Shown here: positions 47,982 to 57,462 of the stretch, piece by piece | How positions within the stretch are numbered: position 1 is the stretch's first letter | Layout: each line of letters begins with the position of its first letter | NCBI GenBank assembly: GCA_965263195.1 | Contig: OZ253664.1 | Span: 1,922,250 to 1,986,249 of the forward strand | DNA from: Vicinamibacterales bacterium | GTDB taxonomy: Bacteria; Acidobacteriota; Vicinamibacteria; Vicinamibacterales; UBA8438 | Length of the DNA: 64,000 nucleotides | Reading direction: 5' to 3' | Made by a program: the position numbers and the translations under genes | The notes under the pieces: generated by a model | Database searches by the model: none | Seen by the model: only the letters and a program-made list of their open reading frames with translations | What the model was told of the DNA's origin: nothing

Positions 47982-49292
47982 CTACCTGGGATGCACCTGG
48001 ACGGAGTCGGGCAGCGCGGCCGCGGTTTCGCCAGCAGGCACGACGCTCAAGGCAACCCGTTGCTCCGTCCGCAGATAATGGTCGGCCGCGCGCCGGAGCG
48101 CCTCCGGGGCCGCCGCGGCGTAGCGCGCGCGGTCGGCCGGGCCGTAGCCCGGGTCGCCTGTGAGGACGTTGTAGAGGTTGAGCAGATCCGACCGCCCGCC
48201 GAAGCCGCCGACCGTCTGGCCGCGGTAGACGAAGTCGGCGTCCGCGCTCGTCCGCGCCCGCTCCATCTCGTCGTCGGCCGGCGCTGCCGACCGCAGCGCG
48301 GCCAGCTCGCCGGCAATCACCGCCTCTATCTCGGCCAGGTCGTGGCCCGGCGCGGCGGTGGCGGCGATGAAGAAGCTGCCCGCCAGCTCGCGCGAGCTTT
48401 GCGCCGCGCTCACATCCGTGGCGATCCGCAGCTCGCGGACGAGCCGCTGGTGCAGCCGTGATCCCTTGCCGCCGCACAGCACCTCGCCCAGCAGATCGAG
48501 CTCGGCGTCGCCCGGCGTGAACAGCGGCGGCGAGCGCCAGGCAAGGTACAGCCGCGGCAGCTCGACGCGGTCCACGAGAAGCAGGCGGCGCTCCGCGTTC
48601 CGCTCGGCCTCGGCCGGCGCGGCGGGCGGCGAAGGCAAAGGGCCGCAGGGGATCTCCTCGAAGTGGCGGCGGGCCTCGGCGAACGCCGTGGCGGCCTGCA
48701 CGTCTCCCGCGATCGCGAGCGACGCATTGCCCGGGTGGTAATAGGTGGTGAAGAAGGTCTTTACGTCTTCCAGGCCGGCGGCCCGCAGGTCGTCCGGATC
48801 CCCGATCGTCGGCCAGTGATAGGGATGATCGGGCGGGTGGAGCGCCGCCATGAGCGCCATCGGGACGAGTCCGTAGGGGCGGTTCTCGTAGTTCTGGCGC
48901 CGCTCGTTCAGCACCACCTCGCGCTGCGTCTCGAACTTCTTCTGCGTGAGCGCCGGCAGGAGATACCCCATGCGGTCCGATTCCATCCACAGGGCGCGCT
49001 CGAACGCACCGGTCGGCACCACCTCCCAATAGTTCGTACGGTCGGTGCTGGTCGACCCGTTGAGGGTGCCACCCACCTCCTGGAGCGGATGGAAGTAGCC
49101 GCGGTCGAAATGCGCCGACCCTTCGAACATCAGGTGTTCGAACAGGTGGGCGAACCCGGTGCGGCCGGGCTGCTCGTTCTTCGAGCCGACGTGGTACCAG
49201 AGGTTGACCGCAACGATGGGGCAGCTGCGATCCTCGTGCACGATCACGTCGAGCCCGTTGTCGAGTGTCTGTTTCTCGTAGGCGATCTGCAT
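47982..49292 (-). CDS. M16 (pitrilysin) family zinc peptidase, catalytic subunit
   Basis: [34 protein letters not shown] (HxxEH), NGST..DRTNY, V.NERRQ. Confidence 0.92.
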   Translation of the reverse strand: MQIAYEKQTLDNGLDVIVHEDRSCPIVAVNLWYHVGSKNEQPGRTGFAHLFEHLMFEGSAHFDRGYFHPLQEVGGTLNGSTSTDRTNYWEVVPTGAFERALWMESDRMGYLLPALTQKKFETQREVVLNERRQNYENRPYGLVPMALMAALHPPDHPYHWPTIGDPDDLRAAGLEDVKTFFTTYYHPGNASLAIAGDVQAATAFAEARRHFEEIPCGPLPSPPAAPAEAERNAERRLLLVDRVELPRLYLAWRSPPLFTPGDAELDLLGEVLCGGKGSRLHQRLVRELRIATDVSAAQSSRELAGSFFIAATAAPGHDLAEIEAVIAGELAALRSAAPADDEMERARTSADADFVYRGQTVGGFGGRSDLLNLYNVLTGDPGYGPADRARYAAAAPEALRRAADHYLRTEQRVALSVVPAGETAAALPDSVQVHPR

Positions 49293-49429
49293 GGCCTGCT
49301 GCACCGCGCTCCGAAAAGCAGGCCATTGTAGCCGATTCCGCCCGGCGGACCGGCTGGTCTCGGTGCGACGCGGGGTTTCACCACGGACGCCTGAGGGTGC
49401 TAGGATTGCAGGTCGTGTCGACAACGTGC

Positions 49430-49984
49430 ATGCTCGCGGGCCCGCCCCGCAGGCTCTCGCAGGCGGCGATCACCGGCGTGTTGCTGGCGCTGCTGGCCGC
49501 CGCACCGGCCGGCGCCCAGCCGGGACTGCGGTACGACGCGCCGGCCGGCTGGATCGCCGGCGAGCCGTCGTCTCCCATGCGCGTCGCACAGTTCCAGCTG
49601 CCGAGCGTCGAGCAGGACCCCGAGGACGCGGAGTGTGTCGTCTTCTACTTCGGCGGCGCGGGCGGCACTGTCGAGGCGAACCTCGACCGCTGGTCCAGCC
49701 AGATGCTGCAACCGGACGACAGCCCGTCCGTCGACGTCGCCACCACCACCAGCTTCGAGGTGGCCGGCATGCCGGTGACGGTGCTCGACGTGCCGGGAAT
49801 CTTCGCCGGTGAAGTCCGTCCCGGCTCGAAGATGCGCTACTACAAGCGTGACTTCAGGTTGAAAGCGGCGGTGGTGGAAACCCCGGAAGGCCCCTATTTC
49901 TTCAAGCTGACCGGTCCGAGCCGCACGGTCAGGCGCTGGGAAGCGGACTTCAACGCGCTCATCAACTCGGTCCGCTTCGAATAG
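49430..49984 (+). CDS. Conserved-looking secreted hypothetical protein
   Basis: Signal peptide; P.GW....[34 protein letters not shown]. Confidence 0.7.
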   Translation: MLAGPPRRLSQAAITGVLLALLAAAPAGAQPGLRYDAPAGWIAGEPSSPMRVAQFQLPSVEQDPEDAECVVFYFGGAGGTVEANLDRWSSQMLQPDDSPSVDVATTTSFEVAGMPVTVLDVPGIFAGEVRPGSKMRYYKRDFRLKAAVVETPEGPYFFKLTGPSRTVRRWEADFNALINSVRFE

Positions 49985-50000
49985 GTCCAGGAGGCATCAA

Positions 50001-50086
50001 GCCGCGCACGGCGCGGCTCGGCAGGTGCGGCGCGGGGCGAAGGGGTCCCCGCTAGCGCCTGCCGGGGGTTTGGGGCGCAGCCCCAT
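50001..50086. repeat. Structured REP/MITE-like repeat, copy 3 (supplies the amidase C-terminus and stop)
   Basis: GCCGCGCACGGCGCGG...GCGGCGCGGGGCGAAGGGGTCCCCGCTAGCGCCTGCCGGGGGTTTGGGGCGCAGCCCCAT. Confidence 0.9.
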
Positions 50087-51821
50087 CTAGCGGAGGATGC
50101 ATGGTGTGCCAGGAGGTCACCTGCTGGTACGCGCGCGCCGCCTTGAGCAGCGTCGCCTCCTCATAGAGACGCCCCGTCAGCATCAGCGCCACCGGCAGCC
50201 CGTCGCTGAATCCGGCCTTGAAGGCCAGCGCCGGATGCCCGGTCATGTTGGTCATCGTCAGGCTGGCGCTGAGCGCCGGACTGACGACGAGATCGAAACG
50301 GCTCATCAGGGCGTCGAACTCGCGGGCAAGCAGCGTCCGGGCGCGCTGAGCGCGGATGTACTCGACGGCCGGGATGAACCGCGACGCGCGGAATACATTC
50401 GGCCAGGCGTCCGGCCCCTGCTCGGTCAGCTCGTCGATGCCGCCGCTGCGCGTCAAGTCGTCGAAGGCCGCCGCCGCCTCCGCGTTCAGGATCACGCGCA
50501 GCGCCTCCGCGGGGAACGCCGGCAACTGGATCGGCTCGAGGACCAGCCCCGCGCGCCGCAGGTCGTCGAGCGCCTCCCGCTGCACCGCCAGCTCGCGCGC
50601 CGCCGCCTCCGGCCGGCCGAACAGCTGCCCGAACGGCGGGCGTTGGAACTCGTCGGAGACATAGCCGACGCGCAGCGCCGCCAGGTCGACCCGCGGCGCC
50701 CAGGCGAACGGCGCGTCCATCACCGTCTCGTCCCGGCCGTCGGGTCCGTAGATGGCGTTGAACACGAGGGCGCAGTCCTCCGCGGTGCGGCACATCGGAC
50801 CGATCTTGTCCATCGTCCAGCTGAGCGTCATCGCGCCGTAGCGGCTGACGCGGCCGTACGCCGGGCGCAGCCCCGTAACGCCGCAGGCCGCCGACGGCGA
50901 GATGATGGAGCCCAGCGTCTCGGTGCCGACCGAGAACGCGACCAGACCCGCGGCGGTGGCGGCTCCGGGACCGGCGGAGGATCCGCTGGAGCCGCGCGCG
51001 GGGGCCCACGGATTGCGGGTCATGCCGCCGAACCAGACGCTGCCGCGGGCCAGCGCACCCATCGACAGCTTGGCCACGAGCACGGCGCCGGCATCGTTCA
51101 GACGCTCGACGACGGTGGCGTCCTGGTCGATGATCTGCTGTGCGTACGGCCGCGCGCCCCACGTCGTGCGGGCGCCGCGCGCAGCGAACAGGTCCTTCGC
51201 GCCCCACGGAATACCGTGCAGCGGCCCGCGGTAGCGGCCGGCGGCGATCTCCCTATCCGCTTCCGCCGCCTGCTCCAACGCGCGGTCCTCGGTGAGCGTC
51301 ACGACGCAGTTGAGCCGGCGGCCGTATCGCCTCAGGCGGTCCAGGTAGACACGCGTCAAGTCGAGCGACGTCACCAGGCGGCGTTCGATCAGGCGCGAAA
51401 GCGCCGTCACCGGCAGCAACGCGAGGCTGCCGGGATCGGCCGGCGCGGCGGCCCGGTCGGGCCGCTCCATCCCCAGGTCGGCGTGCGGCGTGGCGGGCCC
51501 TGCGGGCTGGTAGTTGCTGCGATACGGGTGAAAGTCAAAGGCGGGCGGGACGTCCGGACCGATGGCGAGCTGCCGCAGCTCGTCGTACCGCCGCCGGTTG
51601 CGCGCTGCGTCCGGACGCAGCAGGTCACGCTCGGCGGCGGTGAACTCCAGGCCGGCCAGCGACGAGGCGCACTCGACCGGATCTTCGGCGTTGACCGGGC
51701 GGGGCTGCGCGGCTTCGCCGGCGGCCGGCCAGACGCCGGCCGCGAGGCCGGCCGGCGCGGCCCGCAGGAAGTCGCGGCGACGAAACCGGAGCGCCCCCGA
51801 GCGTGGCCCAACTGGGATCAT
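50052..51821 (-). CDS. Amidase-signature family enzyme with Tat signal
   Basis: RRRDFL twin-arginine motif; GPLHGIPWGAKD, SSGSSAG, GTETLGSIISP, CGVTGLRP. Confidence 0.9.
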   Translation of the reverse strand: MIPVGPRSGALRFRRRDFLRAAPAGLAAGVWPAAGEAAQPRPVNAEDPVECASSLAGLEFTAAERDLLRPDAARNRRRYDELRQLAIGPDVPPAFDFHPYRSNYQPAGPATPHADLGMERPDRAAAPADPGSLALLPVTALSRLIERRLVTSLDLTRVYLDRLRRYGRRLNCVVTLTEDRALEQAAEADREIAAGRYRGPLHGIPWGAKDLFAARGARTTWGARPYAQQIIDQDATVVERLNDAGAVLVAKLSMGALARGSVWFGGMTRNPWAPARGSSGSSAGPGAATAAGLVAFSVGTETLGSIISPSAACGVTGLRPAYGRVSRYGAMTLSWTMDKIGPMCRTAEDCALVFNAIYGPDGRDETVMDAPFAWAPRVDLAALRVGYVSDEFQRPPFGQLFGRPEAAARELAVQREALDDLRRAGLVLEPIQLPAFPAEALRVILNAEAAAAFDDLTRSGGIDELTEQGPDAWPNVFRASRFIPAVEYIRAQRARTLLAREFDALMSRFDLVVSPALSASLTMTNMTGHPALAFKAGFSDGLPVALMLTGRLYEEATLLKAARAYQQVTSWHTMHPPLDGAAPQTPGRR

Positions 51822-51876
51822 GGCGGTACCTCACGGCAAGACGGCGCGCAACGACGGGCGGGGGTACGGCGAACAG

Positions 51877-52455
51877 CTAGCGGCCGGCGGCGCCAGCCGA
51901 CGCGTGCAGCCAGGCCAGCGCCCGCGCCAGGTCGGCGGCCGCACCGGCCAGCTGCTCGATGCGCTCCCGCAACGGACCCGTCACGTCGCCGTGCTCCTCG
52001 AAGTCCTCCTTCACAGCGTAGACGAAGCGCGGAATGATCAAGCTCCGAAAGTCGAGCATCAGGCTGCCGGCCAGACCGACCGGCGCCATGTAGCTGCGGC
52101 AGCCACCGGCCGTGCACAGAAAGCCGACCGGTTTCTCGCTCCAGGCCGACCCGGTCAGCTCCACCAGGTTCTTGGCGGCGGCATTCACGTCGTAGTTGTA
52201 GACGGGCGACGCCACGAGCACGGCGTCCGCCGCATCGATCCGGCGGGTGAGCGGCATGACCGCGGGGTGGTCGTAGCAATCGCCGCCGTCGCACAACGGC
52301 AGGTCCGCGTCCCGCAGATCGACCAGTTCGGCGGTCACGCCCAGGCCGCGCAGCGCGGTCTCCGCGGTCTGGGCCAGCACGCGGGAACGGCTCGTCGCGC
52401 TGAGCGAGCAACTGATGACGAGGACGGTAAGCGGCTCGGCCGCGGCGGCGGGCAT
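51877..52455 (-). CDS. NADPH-dependent FMN reductase
   Basis: C-terminal part of the 797-aa track ORF: VLVISCSL...SRSR.LA, DLPLCDG, ADAVLVASPVYNY, AKNLVE, AGG.RSY. Confidence 0.88.
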   Translation of the reverse strand: MPAAAAEPLTVLVISCSLSATSRSRVLAQTAETALRGLGVTAELVDLRDADLPLCDGGDCYDHPAVMPLTRRIDAADAVLVASPVYNYDVNAAAKNLVELTGSAWSEKPVGFLCTAGGCRSYMAPVGLAGSLMLDFRSLIIPRFVYAVKEDFEEHGDVTGPLRERIEQLAGAAADLARALAWLHASAGAAGR

Positions 52456-52563
52456 GGCGCGTCGGACCACCGACCCGCGAAGTATAGCGGCAGCGCGTGC
52501 GGCGCCGGAATCCACCGGGGCCGCCGCGGATGGGTGGGCGGTTTCGATGCTACCATCAGCGCC

Positions 52564-53403
52564 ATGACGCCTCGCTTGATGATTCTGGCCGGCGTCGGCT
52601 TGGCGGTCGCCGCGCAACCGCCGTCCGTCCCGTCCGGCGCCGACCCCGCGCCCGGAACATCGGCCCGCGACATCTTCGACCTGGCCGTCGAGCGGGTGGT
52701 CGGCCAGGAGGAACGCGGCGCCGAGTTGCAGTACCAGTCGCGGATCGCCACGACCGTCGAGACGTTTGACGGCGACGGCGAGTTGAAGAAGACCGAGACG
52801 ACCATCCACCGGCGGTATCCGCTCGAGGGCGAGCTGTACGAGGAGCTGATCGAGTCGGACGGCGAACCGCTCGACGCGCGCGGACGGCAGGAGGAAGGCG
52901 GGCGGCGGGAGGACTTCATCCGCGAAGTGCGGAAGCGGACCGACGATGACGACCCGATCGAGACGAACGACGAGCGTCAGATCGACGTCGCGGAGCTGAG
53001 CCAGCGGTTCGAGGCGTCCGTGGCTGGCGTCGAGACCATCGGCGGCGAGCCGTGCTGGGTCATCCCGTTCGTGCCCCGCTCTGGCAAGCTGCCGGAGAAG
53101 ACCCGGCTGGACCGGATGCTCAACCGGTCGAGCGGGACGGCGTACGTCACCCAGCGGGACTACGGCATCGTGCGGGTCGAATTCCAGATCCAGAAGCCGG
53201 CCCGCTATTTCTGGGGATTGGCGACGCTCCGGCACGCGGCGGGCCGCATGGAGTTCGAACGGGTGGATCCGGACGTGTGGCTGCCGAAGCGGTACGACTT
53301 CTCCATCAATCTGCGCGTCCTGTTCCGCGTGAGACAGCAGGAGATCGTGCGCGAATGGATTGAACGCGAGCGGCTGCCAGAGCCGGCCACCGCTGGCGAC
53401 TGA
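52564..53403 (+). CDS. Secreted hypothetical protein (beta-rich C-terminus)
   Basis: Signal peptide from MTPRLMIL; extended -10 (TGcTACCAT) 7 nt before ATG; VWLPK motif near the end. Confidence 0.65.
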   Translation: MTPRLMILAGVGLAVAAQPPSVPSGADPAPGTSARDIFDLAVERVVGQEERGAELQYQSRIATTVETFDGDGELKKTETTIHRRYPLEGELYEELIESDGEPLDARGRQEEGGRREDFIREVRKRTDDDDPIETNDERQIDVAELSQRFEASVAGVETIGGEPCWVIPFVPRSGKLPEKTRLDRMLNRSSGTAYVTQRDYGIVRVEFQIQKPARYFWGLATLRHAAGRMEFERVDPDVWLPKRYDFSINLRVLFRVRQQEIVREWIERERLPEPATAGD

Positions 53404-53406
53404 GCA

Positions 53407-55335
53407 ATGGCGCCGCGCCCCCTGCTGCCGGTCGGCGCCATCGTGCTCGCTGCCGTCTCGCTCGGCGCCGCGGCCATCTGGACGCGCACCCCGGTCATCC
53501 CCGAGGAGCGGGTAACGCAGCGGCCGATCCAGACCGGCACGGACGGCTACGCCTCCTCCGCCGCCTGCAAGGCGTGCCATCCAGCCCAGTACGAAACCTG
53601 GTACGGCTCCTACCACCGCACGATGACCCAGGTGGCGACGCCGGAGACCATCGTGGCCGACTTCGACGGCGTGCTGGTCACCGACGTGCACGGCGAGCCG
53701 ATGCGCCTGGAGCGGCGCGGCGGCGAGTTCTGGGCCGAGTTCAACGATCCGGGGGTGGCCGGGCCGGAGAGCGAGCGCCCCCGCATCACCCGGCAGGTCG
53801 TCATGATCACCGGCTCGCATCACCAGCAGATCTATTGGTACGCGACGGGACACGACCGGGCGCTCAACGTGCTGCCGGGGGTGTACCTGATTGCCGACCG
53901 GCGCTGGGCGCCGCGCAGCGCCGTGGTGCTGCACCCGCCCAACCAGGCGGTGTCGACCGCCAACGGCCACTGGAACGCCGTCTGCATTGCCTGCCACACG
54001 ACTTTCCCGCGCACCCGCTTCGACACCCCGTTCCTGTCCGAGCCGATCGAACAGCAGGCGGTCGACACCACGACCGGGGAGTTCGGCATCGCCTGCGAGG
54101 CGTGCCACGGCCCCGGCGCGGAGCACGTCCGGACCCACCGGAACCCGCTGCAACGCTACGCCCAATACCTTGGCGACCAGCCCGATCCGACCATCGTGCA
54201 GCCGACGCGGCTCGACCCGCGACGGTCGTCGCAGGTGTGCGGACAGTGCCACAGCGTGTGGGAGTTCCACGACGCCGGCGCCGAACGGCGGGCCAACAGC
54301 GATGGATTCCCGTACCGGCCGGGCGGCGAGCTGCGCGACACCCGCTTCATGCCGCAGCCGATGGCGCGGCGCGACCCGGCGGCGCTGGCGGCGTTCGTCC
54401 AGCAGGATCCGGCGTTCGTGACCGGCTCGTTCTGGGCCGACGGCATGATCCGCGTGTCGGGACGCGAGTACAACGGACTCATCGACTCACCCTGCTTCAA
54501 GGACGCCACGGACGAAGCGCGGACGCTGTCGTGCTTCTCGTGCCACACGATGCACAAGACCCCGGAGGATCCCCGGCCGATCGCCGAGTGGGCCGCGACG
54601 CACCAGGTCTCGGCCGGCAAGGACGGTAACGACGCCTGCCTGGCCTGCCACGACCTGCCCGCGGGCGGCGTCTCGGAACATACCCGCCACGCCGCGGATT
54701 CGGCCGGCAGCAGCTGCTACAACTGCCACATGCCGTACACGTCGTACGGCCTGCTGAAGGCGATCCGCAGCCACACGATCAGCAGCCCCTCGGTCGCGGA
54801 AAGCGTGGAGACCGGACGGCCCAATGCGTGCAACCTCTGCCACGTGGACAAGACGCTGGCCTGGACCGGGGCGGCGCTGGGCGAGTGGTACGATTTGCCG
54901 ACGCCGCCGCTGCGCGAAGACGAACGGACCGTGGCCGCCGCGCTGCTGTGGGCCATGCGGGGGGACGCCGGCCAGCGGGCGCTGGCCGCCTTTGCGCTCG
55001 GCTGGGCGCCGGCCCAGAACGCGTCGGGCACGAGCTGGATGGCGCCGTACCTGGCGGAGCTGCTCAACGACCCGTACGAGGCGGTGCGCTACATCGCCTA
55101 CCGCTCGCTGCGCACGGTCCCCGGCTACAGCGGCCTCGAGTACGACTACGTGGCCGGCAGGGACGCGCGGGTGGCCGCCGCGTTGCCGGTGCTGCGGTCG
55201 TGGCAGCAGAGCGCGCTGCCGCGGCGGCAGCGGGACCCCGCGTTGCTGGTGGATGGCGAGGGGCGGCTGATGGTCGACCGCATGATGGGCATCCTCAGGC
55301 AGCGCGACAACCGGCCGCTGTTTCTGAGGGAATAG
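53407..55335 (+). CDS. Multiheme (8 x CxxCH) cytochrome c with helical C-terminus
   Basis: CKACH, CIACH, CEACH, CGQCH, CFSCH, CLACH, CYNCH, CNLCH; N-terminal anchor; HEAT-like LLNDPYEAVRYIA. Confidence 0.9.
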   Translation: MAPRPLLPVGAIVLAAVSLGAAAIWTRTPVIPEERVTQRPIQTGTDGYASSAACKACHPAQYETWYGSYHRTMTQVATPETIVADFDGVLVTDVHGEPMRLERRGGEFWAEFNDPGVAGPESERPRITRQVVMITGSHHQQIYWYATGHDRALNVLPGVYLIADRRWAPRSAVVLHPPNQAVSTANGHWNAVCIACHTTFPRTRFDTPFLSEPIEQQAVDTTTGEFGIACEACHGPGAEHVRTHRNPLQRYAQYLGDQPDPTIVQPTRLDPRRSSQVCGQCHSVWEFHDAGAERRANSDGFPYRPGGELRDTRFMPQPMARRDPAALAAFVQQDPAFVTGSFWADGMIRVSGREYNGLIDSPCFKDATDEARTLSCFSCHTMHKTPEDPRPIAEWAATHQVSAGKDGNDACLACHDLPAGGVSEHTRHAADSAGSSCYNCHMPYTSYGLLKAIRSHTISSPSVAESVETGRPNACNLCHVDKTLAWTGAALGEWYDLPTPPLREDERTVAAALLWAMRGDAGQRALAAFALGWAPAQNASGTSWMAPYLAELLNDPYEAVRYIAYRSLRTVPGYSGLEYDYVAGRDARVAAALPVLRSWQQSALPRRQRDPALLVDGEGRLMVDRMMGILRQRDNRPLFLRE

Positions 55336-55826
55336 TGGCTGCCGACGGAACCCTGACGCCCGACGCCGCCGCGCGCCGCCATCTCCGCTTCGGCTGGTGG
55401 TCGCTGCTCGCCTTTCTGACGCTCGGCTTCACGCTCGAGATGCTGCACGGGTTCAAGGTCGGATTGTACCTGGACGCCTCGAACGAGACGCGCCGGCTCA
55501 TGTGGACGCTGGCCCACGCCCACGGCGGCCTGCTGGGCGTCATCCACATCCTGTTCGGGCTCTACCTGCGCGTTGCGCCGGAAGCGGCGCCGCGCCGGCT
55601 GCCGGCGGTCTCCACGAGCCTCCTCGCGGCCAGCGTGCTCTTGCCGGGCGGGTTCTTCCTGGGGGGCGTCACCGTCTACGGCGGCGACCCGGGACTCGGC
55701 ATCCTCGCCGTCCCGGCCGGTGCGGCGCTGCTGGCGGCCGCCGTCTACGGCATCGCGCGCGGCGCCGGCGCTCTCGGCCAATCCACCGCCGGCAAGGGCG
55801 ACACCGGCCGCCGCCAGCGGCGCTGA
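55335..55826 (+). CDS. Four-TM membrane protein with HxH motif, coupled to the multiheme cytochrome
   Basis: GTG overlaps the upstream TAG; GFTLEMLHG, LAHAHGGLLG, LLPGGFFLGG. Confidence 0.75.
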   Translation: MAADGTLTPDAAARRHLRFGWWSLLAFLTLGFTLEMLHGFKVGLYLDASNETRRLMWTLAHAHGGLLGVIHILFGLYLRVAPEAAPRRLPAVSTSLLAASVLLPGGFFLGGVTVYGGDPGLGILAVPAGAALLAAAVYGIARGAGALGQSTAGKGDTGRRQRR

Positions 55827-55842
55827 CGGCGGCCGGGACGCA

Positions 55843-56586
55843 TCACCTGTAGAGCGGGTTCGGGTGATCGAACCGGCAGCCGGCGTCCCACGCCGAGCGC
55901 TGGTTCCCGTGGGCCGGAATGCCCCCGGCGTCGCGGATCATGCGCGCCATGTGCAGCAGGTTCCACGTCATGAAGGTGGTGTTCCGGTTGGTGAAGTCGT
56001 TCTCTGGTCCTCCGGACCCGTCGTCCAGATACGATGGCCCCGGGCCCGCCTCGCCGAGCCACGCCGCGTCCGCCTGGGGCGGGATGACGTACCCCAGATG
56101 CTGGAGCGAGTAGAGGATGTTCATCGCGCAATGCTTGGCGCCGTCCTCGTTGCCGGTGATCAGGCAGCCGCCGACCCGGCCGTAGTACGCGTACTGACCG
56201 GTGGCATTGAGGTGGCCGGACGCGGAATACAACCGCTCGATGACGCGGGTTGCAACGGACGTCTTTTCGCCGAGCCAGATGCTCGACCCGATGACCAGGA
56301 TGTCCGCGGCGAGCACCTTCGCCAGGATGTCCGGCCAGTCGTCCCGTTCCCAGCCCTGTTCGCGCATGTCGGGATACACCCCGGACGCTATCTCGAAGTC
56401 GACCGGGCGGAGCAGCTCGACCCGCACGCCGTTCGTCTCCATGATGGCGCGCGATATGCGAATCAGCCCCTCCGTATGAGACAGCTCGGGACTGCGCTTG
56501 AGCGTGCAGTTGAGGAAGATGGCCGACAGATCGGAAAAATCCCAGCGGCTGTCGGTGCAAAGGCGCTCCTGTCTCTCAGTCAGCAT
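55843..56586 (-). CDS. NAD(P)H-dependent flavodoxin-like oxidoreductase
   Basis: NCTLKRSPELSHT, ADILVIGSSIWLGE, GRVGGCLITGNEDG, GEAGPGPSY, FTNRNTTFMTWNL. Confidence 0.88.
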   Translation of the reverse strand: MLTERQERLCTDSRWDFSDLSAIFLNCTLKRSPELSHTEGLIRISRAIMETNGVRVELLRPVDFEIASGVYPDMREQGWERDDWPDILAKVLAADILVIGSSIWLGEKTSVATRVIERLYSASGHLNATGQYAYYGRVGGCLITGNEDGAKHCAMNILYSLQHLGYVIPPQADAAWLGEAGPGPSYLDDGSGGPENDFTNRNTTFMTWNLLHMARMIRDAGGIPAHGNQRSAWDAGCRFDHPNPLYR

Positions 56587-56791
56587 CGGTGCTTGTCCCC
56601 CCGGCGCCAGTCGCCGTGCGCACAGCGCGGCAGCCGGTGTCCACCTGTTGTGACGCGGCGACAGCCGCGTCCGGTTCTTCCTCGATCGAGTCTGTTCGTC
56701 CAGATCGAGGAACAGCGGCACGGGCAGCGGACTTCCACCGCACGCGCAGGCCGGCAGGGCCGGCGTCGTTCGTATGGATTGCCGCCGGCGT

Positions 56792-57448
56792 TCAGGGCGC
56801 GGCGTACAGCTCGAGCAACCGGGAACGTTCCGCGGGCGTCAGCGGCAGGAAGCGTCCCTTGTACGCGGCGATCAACGCCGCGAGGCACGGGCTGCACATG
56901 AGCGCCGCGGGATCGTCGTTGTGGGTCAGGCCGAGTGCGTGCCCCAACTCGTGGGCGATGACATTGTGCGTGGCGACCGGGTTCTCCACCGGATCGTTCG
57001 AGCGCGTGCCGATGGCCACGAAGTAGCGTTCCGTCTGATCGACCGGCCAGGCGAACGACATGAGATGCTGCCTGGACAGCAGAACGACGATGTCGCCCTC
57101 CTGGCGGTGCAGGTCGCGGGGCGCCCGCGGGCCGGTCTGGCCGGCGGAGATGCGGCCCGCCTGCCGCCACAGCCTCTGCGCGTAGTTCTCGAGCGGGCGC
57201 GTCAGCGGCGATTCGACGATGACAGCCGCCTCCGCGAGCCGCGGGCTGAGCTGCAGGTCCGCCAGCGTGCGGTTCCAGAACGCCAGTGCCTCCCGCGTAG
57301 CCGCCAGCCGAACGTCGTCCATGGCCGGCATGAAGATGACGACCTGCCGCTCGGCCGCGTTCTCACCGGACAGCGCCGGCGCGGCGGCGGCCGCCAGCAA
57401 CAGGCCCGCGAGGACTCCCACGAATCGGGATGGCGCGCTGCGAGGCAT
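56792..57448 (-). CDS. Matrixin-family (metzincin) metalloprotease, secreted
   Basis: Signal peptide; AHELGHALGLTH plus Met-turn ALM. Confidence 0.85.
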   Translation of the reverse strand: MPRSAPSRFVGVLAGLLLAAAAAPALSGENAAERQVVIFMPAMDDVRLAATREALAFWNRTLADLQLSPRLAEAAVIVESPLTRPLENYAQRLWRQAGRISAGQTGPRAPRDLHRQEGDIVVLLSRQHLMSFAWPVDQTERYFVAIGTRSNDPVENPVATHNVIAHELGHALGLTHNDDPAALMCSPCLAALIAAYKGRFLPLTPAERSRLLELYAAP

Positions 57449-57462
57449 GCGTTTCCGATCGA

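Noticed and set aside
8031-50086. The three ~85-bp repeats as a CRISPR array or tRNA
   Set aside because: Dispersed over 42 kb with no repeat-spacer periodicity, no cas operon and no cloverleaf or T-loop consensus.
51818-52411. 197-aa minus-strand ORF abutting the amidase
   Set aside because: Off-frame read; the real gene is the FMN reductase at 51877..52455 in another frame.
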